Shown here: one piece after another, positions 1 to 10,427 of the stretch
Layout of the letters: every line of letters begins with the position of its first letter
How positions within the stretch are numbered: the first letter of the stretch is position 1
NCBI GenBank assembly: GCA_000002445.1
Contig: CP000067.1
Coordinates: 128,001 to 192,000, forward strand
Origin: Trypanosoma brucei
Lineage: Eukaryota
DNA length: 64,000 nt
Direction of reading: 5' to 3'
Notes under the pieces: model-generated
Databases searched by the model: none
The model's input: the letters and a program-made list of their open reading frames with translations, nothing else
What the model was told of the DNA's origin: nothing
Program-made: the position numbers and the translations under genes

Positions 1-71
1 CAAAACAAAACGAAACAAAGTTACGAGCTCCACCCACCCCTCCTGCTTGTTTCCTGCGCAAATTACCGAAC

Positions 72-728
72 TCATCGAATAATGGCTGTTTTCTCAAAGC
101 AGAACCCCTCATACTCCCAATTTGTTTCTACTTCAAACGGCTTGCCAATCTCCACAGCGTCATTTGTCGCATCTGCAATTTGAAACTTGTTGATGGCGCG
201 GCACTCCCGGTAGAAAAGAACACGAAGACAGTTTTTGATAACCTCCACCGCCTCCTCACGTGAGAGTCCACCAGGTTTTTCAAGCGCCTTCCGTAGTAGT
301 GGAATTGCAATATATGCTCCATATCCCGTAGCCACGCAGTCATCCCTCCATTGCGTCCCCACACTGTCAATTCCACCAAGAAATGGAACTCCTCCTTGAC
401 AACCACAGACAACAAAACTGCAAAGGCATGGCTCAAAATTGGAGCGTTTATGGTAAATATGCCGGTGGAGATAACAAAATATTTCATCAGGCCTAAGCAC
501 ATCATTGATGTATCTCCGCTGTCGCTCCACATGACTCTCAAGTTGTTCAGTCATATCTTGAAAGTCAGCGTAGTCGCCAGTAGCACACACGGCGGTATGG
601 GGGCCTATGATTTTAATACGCGGGATATTTGGCCATTTCGCAAGGGATCCATACGATAAAAGTGTGTCGCTAGCCAACAGGACACCACCGTTATATTTCA
701 GACCAATAACAGATCCTCCAGATGCCAT
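72..728 (-). CDS. Proteasome beta-type subunit (non-catalytic; no Thr1 active-site context)
   Basis: ORF 72..740; the first ATG is at 726-728 (MASGGSVIGLKYNGGVLLASDT...), while the track start at 740 is a TTG. N-terminal sequence is typical of Ntn-hydrolase 20S beta subunits, with GxxxxG...SD...Y...GSG-like spacing. 219 aa. Confidence 0.8.
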   Translation of the reverse strand: MASGGSVIGLKYNGGVLLASDTLLSYGSLAKWPNIPRIKIIGPHTAVCATGDYADFQDMTEQLESHVERQRRYINDVLRPDEIFCYLHRHIYHKRSNFEPCLCSFVVCGCQGGVPFLGGIDSVGTQWRDDCVATGYGAYIAIPLLRKALEKPGGLSREEAVEVIKNCLRVLFYRECRAINKFQIADATNDAVEIGKPFEVETNWEYEGFCFEKTAIIR

Positions 729-773
729 AATGGTGCGCAATAAAAAAGAGGATGTGAAGTGGTTTCTTTACAA

Positions 774-809
774 ATATATATATATATATATTTGTGTGTG
801 TGTGTGTGT
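774..809. repeat. Compound microsatellite (AT)8-(TG)9 in the intergenic/UTR region
   Basis: Seen directly: atatatatatatatatat then gtgtgtgtgtgtgtgtgt. Confidence 0.9.
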
Positions 810-1063
810 CCGTGTGTCTTTGTTAGTTTGCTCACTTGTATTTCTGCCTCTCCTCCCTCTTTTTCTCTCTTACGGTGTATATGTGACCTGTTCGACAGAG
901 CAGATGTCCCTAAACACAGTTGTTGTTGTTTTTTTGGTTTCGTTTGATCTGTGGCGCGGCACTAATATAAAAATTCAAGAGAGGTTTACAAAAAGTTTGT
1001 TCCCTTTTACTTCCTTTTCTTTTCCGGTTCTTCAACTACCTTTTAACTGAACCATATCAAATA

Positions 1064-1116
1064 ACGGGAGGAAAAAGAGAAAAAAAGAATGAAGAAAGGA
1101 AGAAAATAAGAAACTC
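1064..1116 (-). promoter_or_regulatory. Polypyrimidine tract (minus strand) with downstream AG dinucleotides: candidate spliced-leader trans-splicing signal for the proteasome beta gene
   Basis: The + strand is purine-rich here (gggaggaaaaagagaaaaaaagaatgaagaaaggaagaaaataagaaa), so the minus strand is a polyY tract about 330 nt upstream of the ATG. Kinetoplastid mRNAs are trans-spliced at an AG downstream of such tracts. Confidence 0.35.
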
Positions 1117-1596
1117 AGTGGCACCATCGATAATGTTAAAGATGATGCAGTTAAAGCATACGGAAGGAAGAGAGAACCAAAGCAGTTGTGTTGCTTCAAC
1201 CAATAAATCACAATAATAATGATGACCGAAACAGTGAAAAAAAAAAGAAGGATGAATAAATGAGTGAGTGAGTATGTGTTTGTGCATACGTAAGTGCACC
1301 TTCACACTACGCCATGACACAACAATTTACAACACGTCTCGCCCTATTCTAAAACTAAAGACACTCCTCCGACCCATCACCACACACGCGTGAGCTAAAA
1401 TTCTCCCTAAACATTCAGCATTTTCTCCTCCCCCTCCCCTACTTTTTATATTTTATGTGTTTCACCAGTCACACGAAAAAAAAAAGTAGGGGAGCAAATA
1501 TATATATATATCAACACCTACAAATGCTCATTCTCTTTCACTGACTAACGTTACGTAACAAAAATAGTTACAGCAATATCACAAAATACGAAAAAA

Positions 1597-1621
1597 AATG
1601 AATGAATGAATGAATGAATGG
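1597..1621. repeat. (AATG)6 tetranucleotide microsatellite
   Basis: aatgaatgaatgaatgaatgaatg read directly. Confidence 0.9.
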
Positions 1622-1796
1622 ATAAATCAATCGACCACAATTGAAAGTTCCTCTTCCTTCATTTATTTTTTTTTCACTTCCCTGCATCCTCATATAAAAT
1701 TTCTTTTAAAAAAAAATTTACTGGCGTTGCGCTACCCACTACTTCACCTAACATGTTCCTAAACTCACACATTGTACTAAGTAATGTTGTAAACCA

Positions 1797-2135
1797 TTAT
1801 CGTCTATCCGGCTGAATATCGCTATCAAACTTCTCTCCCTCTAATATCATAAGTTCCTGCGCCTCCCGTCTCAAACGCATGCGTCGCAATGCCTCTTCAC
1901 GTGCCCAATCCATACGACTGTTTAATTTTGAATAATACGCCCACATGGCAAATTCAACACCCACAATTCCAATTCCAATATGCCAAATTTTTTCCCATAA
2001 TGGCCAGTCATCCCATTGGTAACGGAAAGTTGCACGAGGGGTATAAGGATACGGGTCACCATCACCCCATGCAAGACGCCGGAATTTGGAGCGACGAAAT
2101 GCCATTTTGGCCATTTTTTGGTTCCAACCAGTCAT
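1797..2135 (-). CDS. Small (112 aa) single-pass membrane protein, conserved-hypothetical; possibly a respiratory-complex accessory subunit
   Basis: ATG-initiated ORF with the same orientation and spacing as its neighbours. One clear TM helix (IWHIGIGIVGVEFAMWAYY) flanked by charged and Trp-rich segments. Not low-complexity. Confidence 0.4.
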   Translation of the reverse strand: MTGWNQKMAKMAFRRSKFRRLAWGDGDPYPYTPRATFRYQWDDWPLWEKIWHIGIGIVGVEFAMWAYYSKLNSRMDWAREEALRRMRLRREAQELMILEGEKFDSDIQPDRR

Positions 2136-2677
2136 TTTGCTCCTACGGTGGCTACATCATAATATTTATAAAAAAAAAATGTTCGTGGTCAAGTGCAAGT
2201 TACGCCAAAACATAAACACACACCAACAAACAAGAAAAAAAAGAAAAAAAAGAGAGAAAGATGTGTAGGAAAACAGAAGGAAGAGAAAAAAGTACAGTCA
2301 CGACAAAAACAATTACAAGAAAAAAGAGGGGGGAAAACACATGATAGAAATCGATAAGGGAGGGAAGAATGAGCACAATCACCTGTCCGACGTTTTTTCT
2401 TTTCTTCTTTTTTAATTTCTTTTTATTTTGTTATGGCTAGAAGATCTCACATATTCTTCCACGCCATACACCAGCAGTTCGTGGTGGATACCGTCCTTCT
2501 TTTCTCCACCTTACTTCACCTTTGTTCTACGAAGCACTCTTTTTTTTTCTATTCCTTTTTCCTTCTTGTTATCATTTTCCTTCATTTCAGTATAAGGAAA
2601 CTCAGCTAAATGATATAAAAAGAAAAGTTTTCGGAAGCGGCACCAGCTAAAATTATTTTATCTCATACGCAGCCAAA

Positions 2678-2705
2678 TACACACACACAAACACACACAC
2701 ACACA
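2678..2705. repeat. (AC)n dinucleotide microsatellite (interrupted)
   Basis: acacacacacaaacacacacacacacac read directly. Confidence 0.9.
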
Positions 2706-3218
2706 TTCCCACCCCCTTTTTTCTCCTTCTCAGCAGCCCAAAGACCAGCATACATCTGAGGAGCTTTAGCGACTTGTTTATCCTCACAGTAAGTAAAACA
2801 AAAAAGAAAAATGCCTTCCGTAGCGTGCCGTGTCAAACAAAAGAAAAAGAAAGGTAGAAAAAGAGGAATGATGAAAATCGACGACCTTAATACGAGCATT
2901 AGTTTCCTTTGCTTTTCCTTTTTCTTAGTATGATGAGGGTCCTATTTTTTTTTTTCTTGTTTGACTGTTTGTATATAAAGATATATATATATGTATGTAT
3001 TCGTAAGTTATTATTTTACCATTACTTTTTCTCTTCAACTCAGTTTTCCTCAAAACCTCCTCCTTCCCTCGACACACGGCATGCAAACGGAAACACACAC
3101 CTTTCAACTCATCTCGTTTCATCCATCACTCCACAAAAGCGACCCTCTAACAAATTCATTTATTACTATTATTATTTTTTTGCTTTTACAATGGAAGAAA
3201 AAAGAAAAAAGAAAACCC

Positions 3219-6200
3219 TCACGTACGATTTGCAAGTCCAGAGCAGTCCGCACCAAGAAACGCTATACGACAGACGGGACATATTTCGCCCTTATGTTTA
3301 GGCATAGCAGGGGAAAAGCAGTAACCACATCGAATGGGATCAACTGTTCCCTTGTACATTGGCCTATGAGAAACAGAACAAAGCACAAATGGATTGCGCT
3401 CGTCATAGTCCACAGGTTCAGCATCTGTTGGATTTCTCTCAGCTTCAGCAACAATTGCTGAAGCCTGTGCTGCCTTTTGCTTCGGTGGATCCTGATCCAA
3501 AAGCCTCCTCGCAACCGAAGCTGCTATCTTCAAATTCTTCAACTTGTAGGCTTTACTCATAGCTTGACCAAGGGCCAGAGCAAGATGATTCCGCTGAAGT
3601 TTGAAATGTGTAAAGTAGAGTGACAACTCTAGTGAAAGTTTCGAAGCACCATCAGTACTACGACAGTGTAGCTGTACATTAAGAGCACGCGCATACTCGG
3701 AGGCGGTAGTAACAATCTCTCGAAGAGTAGTAAATTGCTTCTCACCCCTGCAGGTGGTAAACACAGCTTGATGCAATGCGGTAACAAAATGGAGTTGGGC
3801 ATCCGCGAAGTGTCCTCCAACAAACGCAGAATAACCGGAACGCAACCGTTCAGTGAGCTGAGGAATATAATCTGGCAACAACGGAGAGTGAGACGCCGCC
3901 CCACGCTGCTCCTCAGAAGGATATGTTGTCAGAGGGAACATAGCGGACGGAATAAGCCAACTGGGCCGCGACGCATTGACTGTGGCCCACAGATCCAACA
4001 TATGAGTTTTGAGAGGAGCAGGATCCCCTAGTCCAATTTGGCGACGCAATAAACCAAGTGCCGTTGAAAAAGAACCAGCGGCGACGTGAAATGCCGGAAA
4101 TGAAGAGGTTTCAACCCAATGCTGCGTTAGCGGTGGGCGTTCGGTAGGCACAACGTAAGGCGCACCTTCGACTCCGCCCGCAGTCTGTTCTGCAGGAATC
4201 TCAATTTCGAGATCGTCACCCCAACCGTCACCTTCTGCAGCTTCACTGCCCTCAACCCCATCCAAACCGCCACTTCCGTCATCACTGTTAGGAAGCCCAT
4301 CAACATCATCCCACCCTGCACCGGCTTCAGCATATTCCTCTTCCTCAATCCCAACACCAGCACCACTCAGCAAGTTGGGTTCCCTCAGAAACCTGGAGAA
4401 AACAGATTCCTCCACCTGCAACATAGGCCAATTGTCGGTAACTGGTGTTACTGTCGGCGCCTCTAACCGTACTTTGACCTCTGTCTGCCGCATACGTTCT
4501 GCAACATCAGGATCCATTTTTTCGAGGAGCGAAGCTGCTAATTCATCCAACCCAGTTGATTTGGCGGCCACGTACGCCAGCGGAAGTTGTCCAGTATTAG
4601 TCAATGTCTTAACGCGCTGATGAGCATCGTCGAGATACATACCGTAGTGAAGACCGAAGTTCTCATCCCTTACCGTGTTAACCATGTGATCTAAAGCAGA
4701 CATGTTTCCAGTTATGAGAGACAAGAAACTTGCACCATGAAAGTTTCCTGTCTTTGTGTGAGCCAAGAGTGCAAGATGAATATCCCCATATGAGGTTGCC
4801 GCCTCTGCAAGCCTTCTCCACAATGCGGGTTGGTTTAGTTCCAGTGCTGCTGTCTTTGCGACATCCATGGCGCCGCACTCTACCGCTAAGTTGAACCTAG
4901 TTAAGGGGTCTGAGACGAGATACAGCGCAACCTCGTCGTGGCCATGTTTGTGTAGGTAACCAACAAGCGCCTGTCCCCTGAGTTGTTTTTGGCGTATAAT
5001 TTTAATAACATCCCTGTAGGCCTGCTGCTGCAACTTTAGTTTAAAATTAAGTTCCGGATTGTTCAGCTCCATTACAACAACTTTTCCATTGCGGGAAAGC
5101 GCCCAGACCGTATCACCACTCGCACGAACAAGATAAATCGGGGAAGGGAGACACTGAATGATACCGCACTCCCCGTTGCGCAAGTTACAATACTTGAGGT
5201 GGTCACTCGTAGTGTAATAAAGGATATTTCTTTGCTCATCAAATGCCGCGCTCTTAATCCTTATTGATGGTTCCGAAAAAAAGGTAATGCTCCTCAAGCG
5301 CCTTGTCATGACGTGAACGGTGGTAATACCCAAAAACGCCACCTTCGTAAAGTCTTTGTCCCATACAACATATTTAGTCTCCGTTATTGGAACCTCTGCG
5401 GCCACACTCTGCTGAGCCACGTGAAACAACTCCATACCCTCCTCGGTCTGACGTAAAATATATCCTGCAGGCCCTGGAAAGAGGGCCTTTAAATTTTTTT
5501 CGTGCTTAATCACTTTTTCACCATCGCCGTGTGCATTACACAGAATTATATTTTTATTCTTGTCGAGGAACGCGCATTTATTAGGGGCATAAAACAAAGC
5601 GGCAAGAATACCGAGGCGCTTCTTCACATCTGCATCGACTGTACAGCCTGGTTTGGGAATTGTCAAGGTTGATGCACACCCACCATCCTTGTCGTAAAAA
5701 ACAACAGCCATGTTATCCACTGGGTTGCAAGAAAGGGTGAGAGGTGGGTGTAAGTTTCGTGAGAGACTGAACTTGGATTCTGTCTTTGACTCCATGTTAT
5801 ATGAATGGAGCACGTTCCCGTGGACGTAGTGTAGCACGTTACCATTCATAGTCGACGCAGGACGTTCGCGGAAAAGCTTAAATACGTGCACACCGGAGTC
5901 GTGACCAGCAGCAAGAAGGTTCTTTTCTAGTAACGCCGCTAGCATCCAGTAACGGTCAGACTCGCGGCGAAAAAGCATGACTGAGCAACGTGTTTTCACG
6001 TCCCAAACACGGATTGTTCGATCCTCACCGTTTGACACGAGATAATCCTTAGTGTACACAACGCAACTCACATTGTTGGTGTGCCCCCGCAGTTGTACCT
6101 CCTCAGTGCAGGTGGTACTACTAATTCGCCAGACGCGGACGGTGCGGTCGTCTGAGGCCGATGCAATAAGTGGCTGAGTGGGATGAAAGCAAACCCAGTT

Positions 6201-6797
6201 AACGCCTTTATCGTGGCCCTCTAATGAATATTTAAGACCCACATCACTGGTTCCGAGCAGATCTTGAGCAATTCCCGGCTGTTGCTTTCGGACCCGCAAA
6301 CTGGAGATGTCCCACACTCGAATTGTCCTGTCAAGACTCGCTGATACCACAATGTCATCCCGAGGGTGAAATCGAGCACACATAACGTAGTGCGTATGCC
6401 CAGGAAGACAAGCCAAACTGCTTCGGTTCTGCCAATTCCAAATGCGGACGGTGAAATCGTCGGAGGAGGAAACAATCCATGGTTGCTCATGGTGGAAAAA
6501 AGTTGATCGAACATAGTCCATATGCCCCTTTAAAGTAAAGAGGGAACGGCGCGCCTTGTAGTTCCAAACCTTCACCAAGTAGTCATCACCTCCAGAAACA
6601 AATAGAGGTTGCGTATCATGAAAGTCTACACCACGTACCGCACCGCTATGTTCATCATACTTATCAACGCTCGTGTTCACGCGGTAGTCCCAAATTTGCA
6701 CGGTTCCGTTGTGCAGTCCGCAAAGCACCCACGGCCGCGTTTTGTGGAAACTTATCCCTTTCACACGACTGGAGCGAACATCAAATCTCGTCAGCAT
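3219..6797 (-). CDS. COPA: Coatomer (COPI) alpha subunit
   Basis: 1192 aa. N-terminus MLTRFDVRSSRVKGISFHKTRPWVLCGLHNGTVQIWDYR matches the conserved alpha-COP start ([23 protein letters not shown]...). WD40 repeats (GH..WD motifs) are followed by a long helical domain and a Cys-rich C-terminus (CGYCF...CPVCR). ATG at 6795-6797. Confidence 0.9.
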   Translation of the reverse strand: MLTRFDVRSSRVKGISFHKTRPWVLCGLHNGTVQIWDYRVNTSVDKYDEHSGAVRGVDFHDTQPLFVSGGDDYLVKVWNYKARRSLFTLKGHMDYVRSTFFHHEQPWIVSSSDDFTVRIWNWQNRSSLACLPGHTHYVMCARFHPRDDIVVSASLDRTIRVWDISSLRVRKQQPGIAQDLLGTSDVGLKYSLEGHDKGVNWVCFHPTQPLIASASDDRTVRVWRISSTTCTEEVQLRGHTNNVSCVVYTKDYLVSNGEDRTIRVWDVKTRCSVMLFRRESDRYWMLAALLEKNLLAAGHDSGVHVFKLFRERPASTMNGNVLHYVHGNVLHSYNMESKTESKFSLSRNLHPPLTLSCNPVDNMAVVFYDKDGGCASTLTIPKPGCTVDADVKKRLGILAALFYAPNKCAFLDKNKNIILCNAHGDGEKVIKHEKNLKALFPGPAGYILRQTEEGMELFHVAQQSVAAEVPITETKYVVWDKDFTKVAFLGITTVHVMTRRLRSITFFSEPSIRIKSAAFDEQRNILYYTTSDHLKYCNLRNGECGIIQCLPSPIYLVRASGDTVWALSRNGKVVVMELNNPELNFKLKLQQQAYRDVIKIIRQKQLRGQALVGYLHKHGHDEVALYLVSDPLTRFNLAVECGAMDVAKTAALELNQPALWRRLAEAATSYGDIHLALLAHTKTGNFHGASFLSLITGNMSALDHMVNTVRDENFGLHYGMYLDDAHQRVKTLTNTGQLPLAYVAAKSTGLDELAASLLEKMDPDVAERMRQTEVKVRLEAPTVTPVTDNWPMLQVEESVFSRFLREPNLLSGAGVGIEEEEYAEAGAGWDDVDGLPNSDDGSGGLDGVEGSEAAEGDGWGDDLEIEIPAEQTAGGVEGAPYVVPTERPPLTQHWVETSSFPAFHVAAGSFSTALGLLRRQIGLGDPAPLKTHMLDLWATVNASRPSWLIPSAMFPLTTYPSEEQRGAASHSPLLPDYIPQLTERLRSGYSAFVGGHFADAQLHFVTALHQAVFTTCRGEKQFTTLREIVTTASEYARALNVQLHCRSTDGASKLSLELSLYFTHFKLQRNHLALALGQAMSKAYKLKNLKIAASVARRLLDQDPPKQKAAQASAIVAEAERNPTDAEPVDYDERNPFVLCSVSHRPMYKGTVDPIRCGYCFSPAMPKHKGEICPVCRIAFLGADCSGLANRT

Positions 6798-6860
6798 TAC
6801 TACAATATTTGGTTAAATGCTAATCTTCAGTGCAAAATCGAAAGCGTAATTTAAAAATAT

Positions 6861-6912
6861 ATATTTTTGTTTTGAAACAAAAAGGCGGAGGGAGTGTGAA
6901 GGTAAGAAATTA
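6861..6912 (-). promoter_or_regulatory. Polypyrimidine tract (minus strand): candidate trans-splice signal for the coatomer alpha gene
   Basis: + strand purine-rich aaaaaggcggagggagtgtgaaggtaagaaattaaaac, 65-115 nt upstream of ATG 6797 on the coding strand. Confidence 0.3.
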
Positions 6913-7155
6913 AAACCGAACGCTATTAGGGTAGCGGTGGAAAACCAAATCAATGGAAATGATGGTTTTAATGAGGAACGCCACGGTCAAAGTGCTTATA
7001 CTTCATCCCTCACAAATCTCACAACTTGCAAAAGTTTTGGAACTCGACCGAAAGGAGTCACCGAAGTGCGGCACGTCGGCTTCTGATACATTTAACGGCA
7101 AGACCAAACGACAAACCGGCACATATATGGCTCTGCACACACCTGAACGTAAATA

Positions 7156-8127
7156 TCATTCGTTAAGGAACTCACACCTGTCAGGGTACACCTGTCTTAC
7201 GTTAATATTGACACGCAAATGACGCATCTGCTCCCTCCAGTAAAATTCTCCTTCTTCCTCCTCCGTTTCATTCTGTGGGCACAAGTACTGCGGACAATCG
7301 TCCATAATGCGTGGTACGCCGTGGTAAGCTGTTCGGGAGGCACCGCTCACGACAATAACATCGCCACTACGGAGCCAAAAGGCACACGGCGTATCGTCAC
7401 GAGACTCGGTCCCCATGAGAAAAACACATGAGCATCCCAGAGAAATACTAATGAGCGGCTGTTGCAGCACTTCTTCACTCACATCCTGGTGAGCCATCAT
7501 CATAGCCCCTACCGGGAAGTAGTTGACAATCGAAGTTTGTGGCTCGTAAGGCTGTGAAACGTTACAAAGGCGGGCAATTCGTTCAACACATTTTCGAAGC
7601 CGCCGGGGAAAATGCGAATACTTCTCCTTGCAGTATGATTTAGATGACCATTGATAACTAAACCCCACCGTCGCCCAACGCATTGGTGGTTCATAACGTG
7701 TTGTTTCCCTTGGCTCGCTCGCATGGGTCGAGAGGTGATTGGGGTGCCGCCGAGAATCGCCGTATTCCAGTAAGGCAGCGCGGCAAAATTCCTGCTGCTC
7801 CGCATCCGTGAGAAAATTCGGGAACACCTCCATTCCGGGGACGCCGGCAAATGTGCAACACTTCACGAGCCGGTCATCCTCATGGCACTCCCTGGTGGAA
7901 ATACACGCCAGGTTTGCTGCTGTGTTCGCCTCAAGATTGCGAAAATCAACAACATCGCTAAAGTCCGTTTCAGGAACTTGTAAGCGCCGTGATGTCCGGC
8001 GGTCGTAACGGTAAAGTTTGTAGCGCTTCTCCACTTGTCTAAACGCCGTCAACGGCAACAATTCCCCCTGACTGTAGCCATCGTCTTGCGCGTGTTTCTG
8101 ACATTCGCAGCGCACGGGGTCTTCCAT
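7156..8127 (-). CDS. AlkB-family Fe(II)/2-oxoglutarate dioxygenase (alkylation repair homolog)
   Basis: HxD...H iron triad (MAHQDVSE ... YHGVPRI) and the R-x-N-x-N-x-R 2OG-binding motif (LRVNINVRQV). The track start at 8220 is GTG with a junk hydrophobic extension. The first ATG is at 8125-8127 (MEDPVRCECQK...), giving 324 aa. Confidence 0.7.
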   Translation of the reverse strand: MEDPVRCECQKHAQDDGYSQGELLPLTAFRQVEKRYKLYRYDRRTSRRLQVPETDFSDVVDFRNLEANTAANLACISTRECHEDDRLVKCCTFAGVPGMEVFPNFLTDAEQQEFCRAALLEYGDSRRHPNHLSTHASEPRETTRYEPPMRWATVGFSYQWSSKSYCKEKYSHFPRRLRKCVERIARLCNVSQPYEPQTSIVNYFPVGAMMMAHQDVSEEVLQQPLISISLGCSCVFLMGTESRDDTPCAFWLRSGDVIVVSGASRTAYHGVPRIMDDCPQYLCPQNETEEEEGEFYWREQMRHLRVNINVRQVYPDRCEFLNE

Positions 8128-9455
8128 TGGGGAACCGACGAAGAGCCAAAAACAACTGAGGGAAAAGAAAAGAAAAAAATGAAAGTGGTTAAAGTGAAGT
8201 GGAATTAGTGCGGCACCCACTCAATGATATTCGCCGTAGTGCGTGGTATTGGAGCGTATTTTAAGTGCTAAATTGGAACATCAACGGCTAGTTAAAATAA
8301 TAAAGCAAACAGAATAAATTAAATAAAAGGTGGAGCAAAGGGATCCATATACAACTCCGAATTGAGAAGCCCACTTCTACTTGTGAAAAATAAGGGCACA
8401 GGCAGCGCAATCCCACACATGAACGCGGAACTTCAAAAAATAAATAATAAAGACCATCAACTACCTTAGTTGGAGACAAGTTAAATTTTTTTCCTTTTAG
8501 AGAGAAAAAGGAAGGCACGGACACGCATACACCACTGGCAACGCATGGTGGTAAACAGCACCACCGGCACCTTTTGTGACGAAGAGCCCAAATTTATTAT
8601 TATTGTTCCCCACATCCAAGACAGCACACCAGCAAATAGAAAAAAGAGATACAGCACTATCAACAGCGGCATGTCAGTAGAGATCGAAAATGACAGGCAA
8701 AGCCCTACGGTTCTCGTCGTTTTATGGGAGTTTCGAGGTGTTGTAGTGATGCTCGTAACCATCGGCCTGTAAGCAACTCGGAAGCTATCAATGGAGGTCC
8801 GCATTGTTTCAATCCCTCACGAAACCTCGAATATGCGGAAAATAACCCCAGAAACAATGCGGTGTTCATTCAGGAGGTGGGGGTGGACGAACATCAAATA
8901 TGAATGGCATCTCACAGCTACGAGGATATGAAGCATCAACTGTCCAAGTGAAATCAAGTAGTGAGAAAATCAGTTTTTTTAGAAGCGACTCGGAATGCCA
9001 CAGCGATAATCCCTCGACAGCTAGCGTTACTGGAGGAGGGAAATGGATCCAAACACAACCAAGAAGAAATAAATTAAATGTTATGTTTCACATTGTTCTT
9101 GTTGAGGGATGCGTTCTTGAATGAGAGATGCAGAAAGTGGGAAAATAAGTGCAAACCATGAAACAACAATGAATGGGACACAACCGAAACAGCAAGAGCC
9201 AACAAAAAACGTAGCAAAGGAAATAAATTCCTTTCTCGTGTTTTACGGTGAAACTTATTAGAACAGATTCTCACTCGCCGTTTAACATTAAGCGGCTTTT
9301 CTCGTTCCCTTTTATGTCTCTTCGTTTCCTTCATTTTCCTTTTCTTCTTGTGTTACACCCTTTCCTCTCCGTTTACTTGCGCGTCGTTAGCCGAAGTTAC
9401 TACCGATCATGGGTGGCGCAAATAGGTTAAAAGACACCCATCAGCTCCAACTGCA

Positions 9456-10145
9456 TCAAAAACCACGCCCGCGGCCACCAAATCCCCCGCGGCCGCCGCG
9501 ACCGCCACCACCGCCACCAAAGTTTCTGTAGCCGCCTCCGTCTCCTCCTCTGCCGAAACCACCCCGGCCGCCACCACCACCACCACCTCCTCCTCCAAAA
9601 CTCCCGCGACCACCGCGACCGAAGCTTCCGCGTCCACCGCGATCACCGCCCCTTCCGCCACGACCGCCACCCCGCCCGCCGCGGCCGCGTGGCTTCGGTG
9701 GATCAGTGAACATACGCAGAGGACTTATCTGTGTAGGGGATATATATATCGTATCTCCTGCGCTAATGGATTCTGCTTGTATGCCCGGTACCGTTTTGAC
9801 TGAAAACATTACATCGCTCGTGTTGCCCAATATTTCCTCGATCTTACCAATCTTGGCCTTGTTGGCACCATAAACAAATGCGTTGAAACGTGGTACAGAG
9901 TCACTCGCTGTCACTTTGTAGACGAGGTCGCCCTCCGAAGCGGTGAGCAATGTTCCGATGGGTACAATTTGCTCTGGTGGGTCCGGCTCCATGGAACGGC
10001 CACCGCCACCACCTCCTCCTCGACCACCGCCACCGCGTCCACCGCCAAAGCCACCGCCGAAGCCGCCGCCTCGACCACCACCTCCCCGACCACCGCCAAA
10101 GCCACCGCCCCGGCTGCCTCCAAAACCGCCTCCTCCCCGTGCCAT
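9456..10145 (-). CDS. GAR1: H/ACA snoRNP protein GAR1 (Gly/Arg-rich domains flanking a conserved core)
   Basis: 229 aa. N- and C-terminal RGG/GAR repeats (GGRGGGFGG...). Central core IVPIGTLLTASEGDLVYKV...PRFNAFVY is typical of Gar1. ATG at 10143-10145. Confidence 0.85.
   Translation of the reverse strand: MARGGGGFGGSRGGGFGGGRGGGGRGGGFGGGFGGGRGGGGRGGGGGGGRSMEPDPPEQIVPIGTLLTASEGDLVYKVTASDSVPRFNAFVYGANKAKIGKIEEILGNTSDVMFSVKTVPGIQAESISAGDTIYISPTQISPLRMFTDPPKPRGRGGRGGGRGGRGGDRGGRGSFGRGGRGSFGGGGGGGGGGRGGFGRGGDGGGYRNFGGGGGGRGGRGGFGGRGRGF
9458..10140 (-). repeat. Codon-level GGC/CGN tandem repeats encoding the two GAR (RGG) domains of GAR1
   Basis: Two blocks (about 9458-9720 and 9985-10140) of imperfect ccgccacc/ccgcgacc-type repeats on the + strand. 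Confidence 0.8.
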
Positions 10146-10317
10146 AACTTACCTGCCGGAGTGTTCCTTTCTCTTCTCTTAATAACAAAACAAAAAAAGA
10201 AAAAGAAATATACTGAGAGAGGTATGACAGAAGACAACGATAAGGAGCAGTTGCAGAAGGTAAGCAAACAAACGAATGTTAGGGTGCATGTGCGTGCAAG
10301 CAAAGACATCAGATATG

Positions 10318-10320
10318 CAC

Positions 10321-10355
<35 letters not shown>

Positions 10356-10356
10356 C
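10318..10356. repeat. (ACAT)n-(AT)n compound microsatellite in the GAR1 5' flank
   Basis: acatacatacatacatatatatatatatatatatatata read directly. Confidence 0.9.
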
Positions 10357-10427
10357 AGGCACGCACAGGCAACATTAGGCGACGTCAGCCCAACAGGGTC
10401 CAATAAAAAAGTAGAGAGGGAAACATG

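Noticed and set aside
607-1050. Plus-strand ORFs through the (TA)n/(TG)n microsatellite
   Set aside because: Translation of simple repeats and polypyrimidine sequence (YIYIYICVCVCV...). Not coding.
8288-8804. Two overlapping minus-strand ORFs (78 and 107 aa) in the AlkB-GAR1 spacer
   Set aside because: Hydrophobic low-complexity translations of T-rich UTR sequence. The ATG start is not verified, and this is more likely 3' UTR of GAR1 / 5' UTR of AlkB.
9943-10182. Plus-strand ORF encoding a proline-rich protein (PPPRPPPKPPP...)
   Set aside because: Exact antisense of the GAR1 RGG-repeat region. Gly (GGN) codons read backwards give Pro (CCN).
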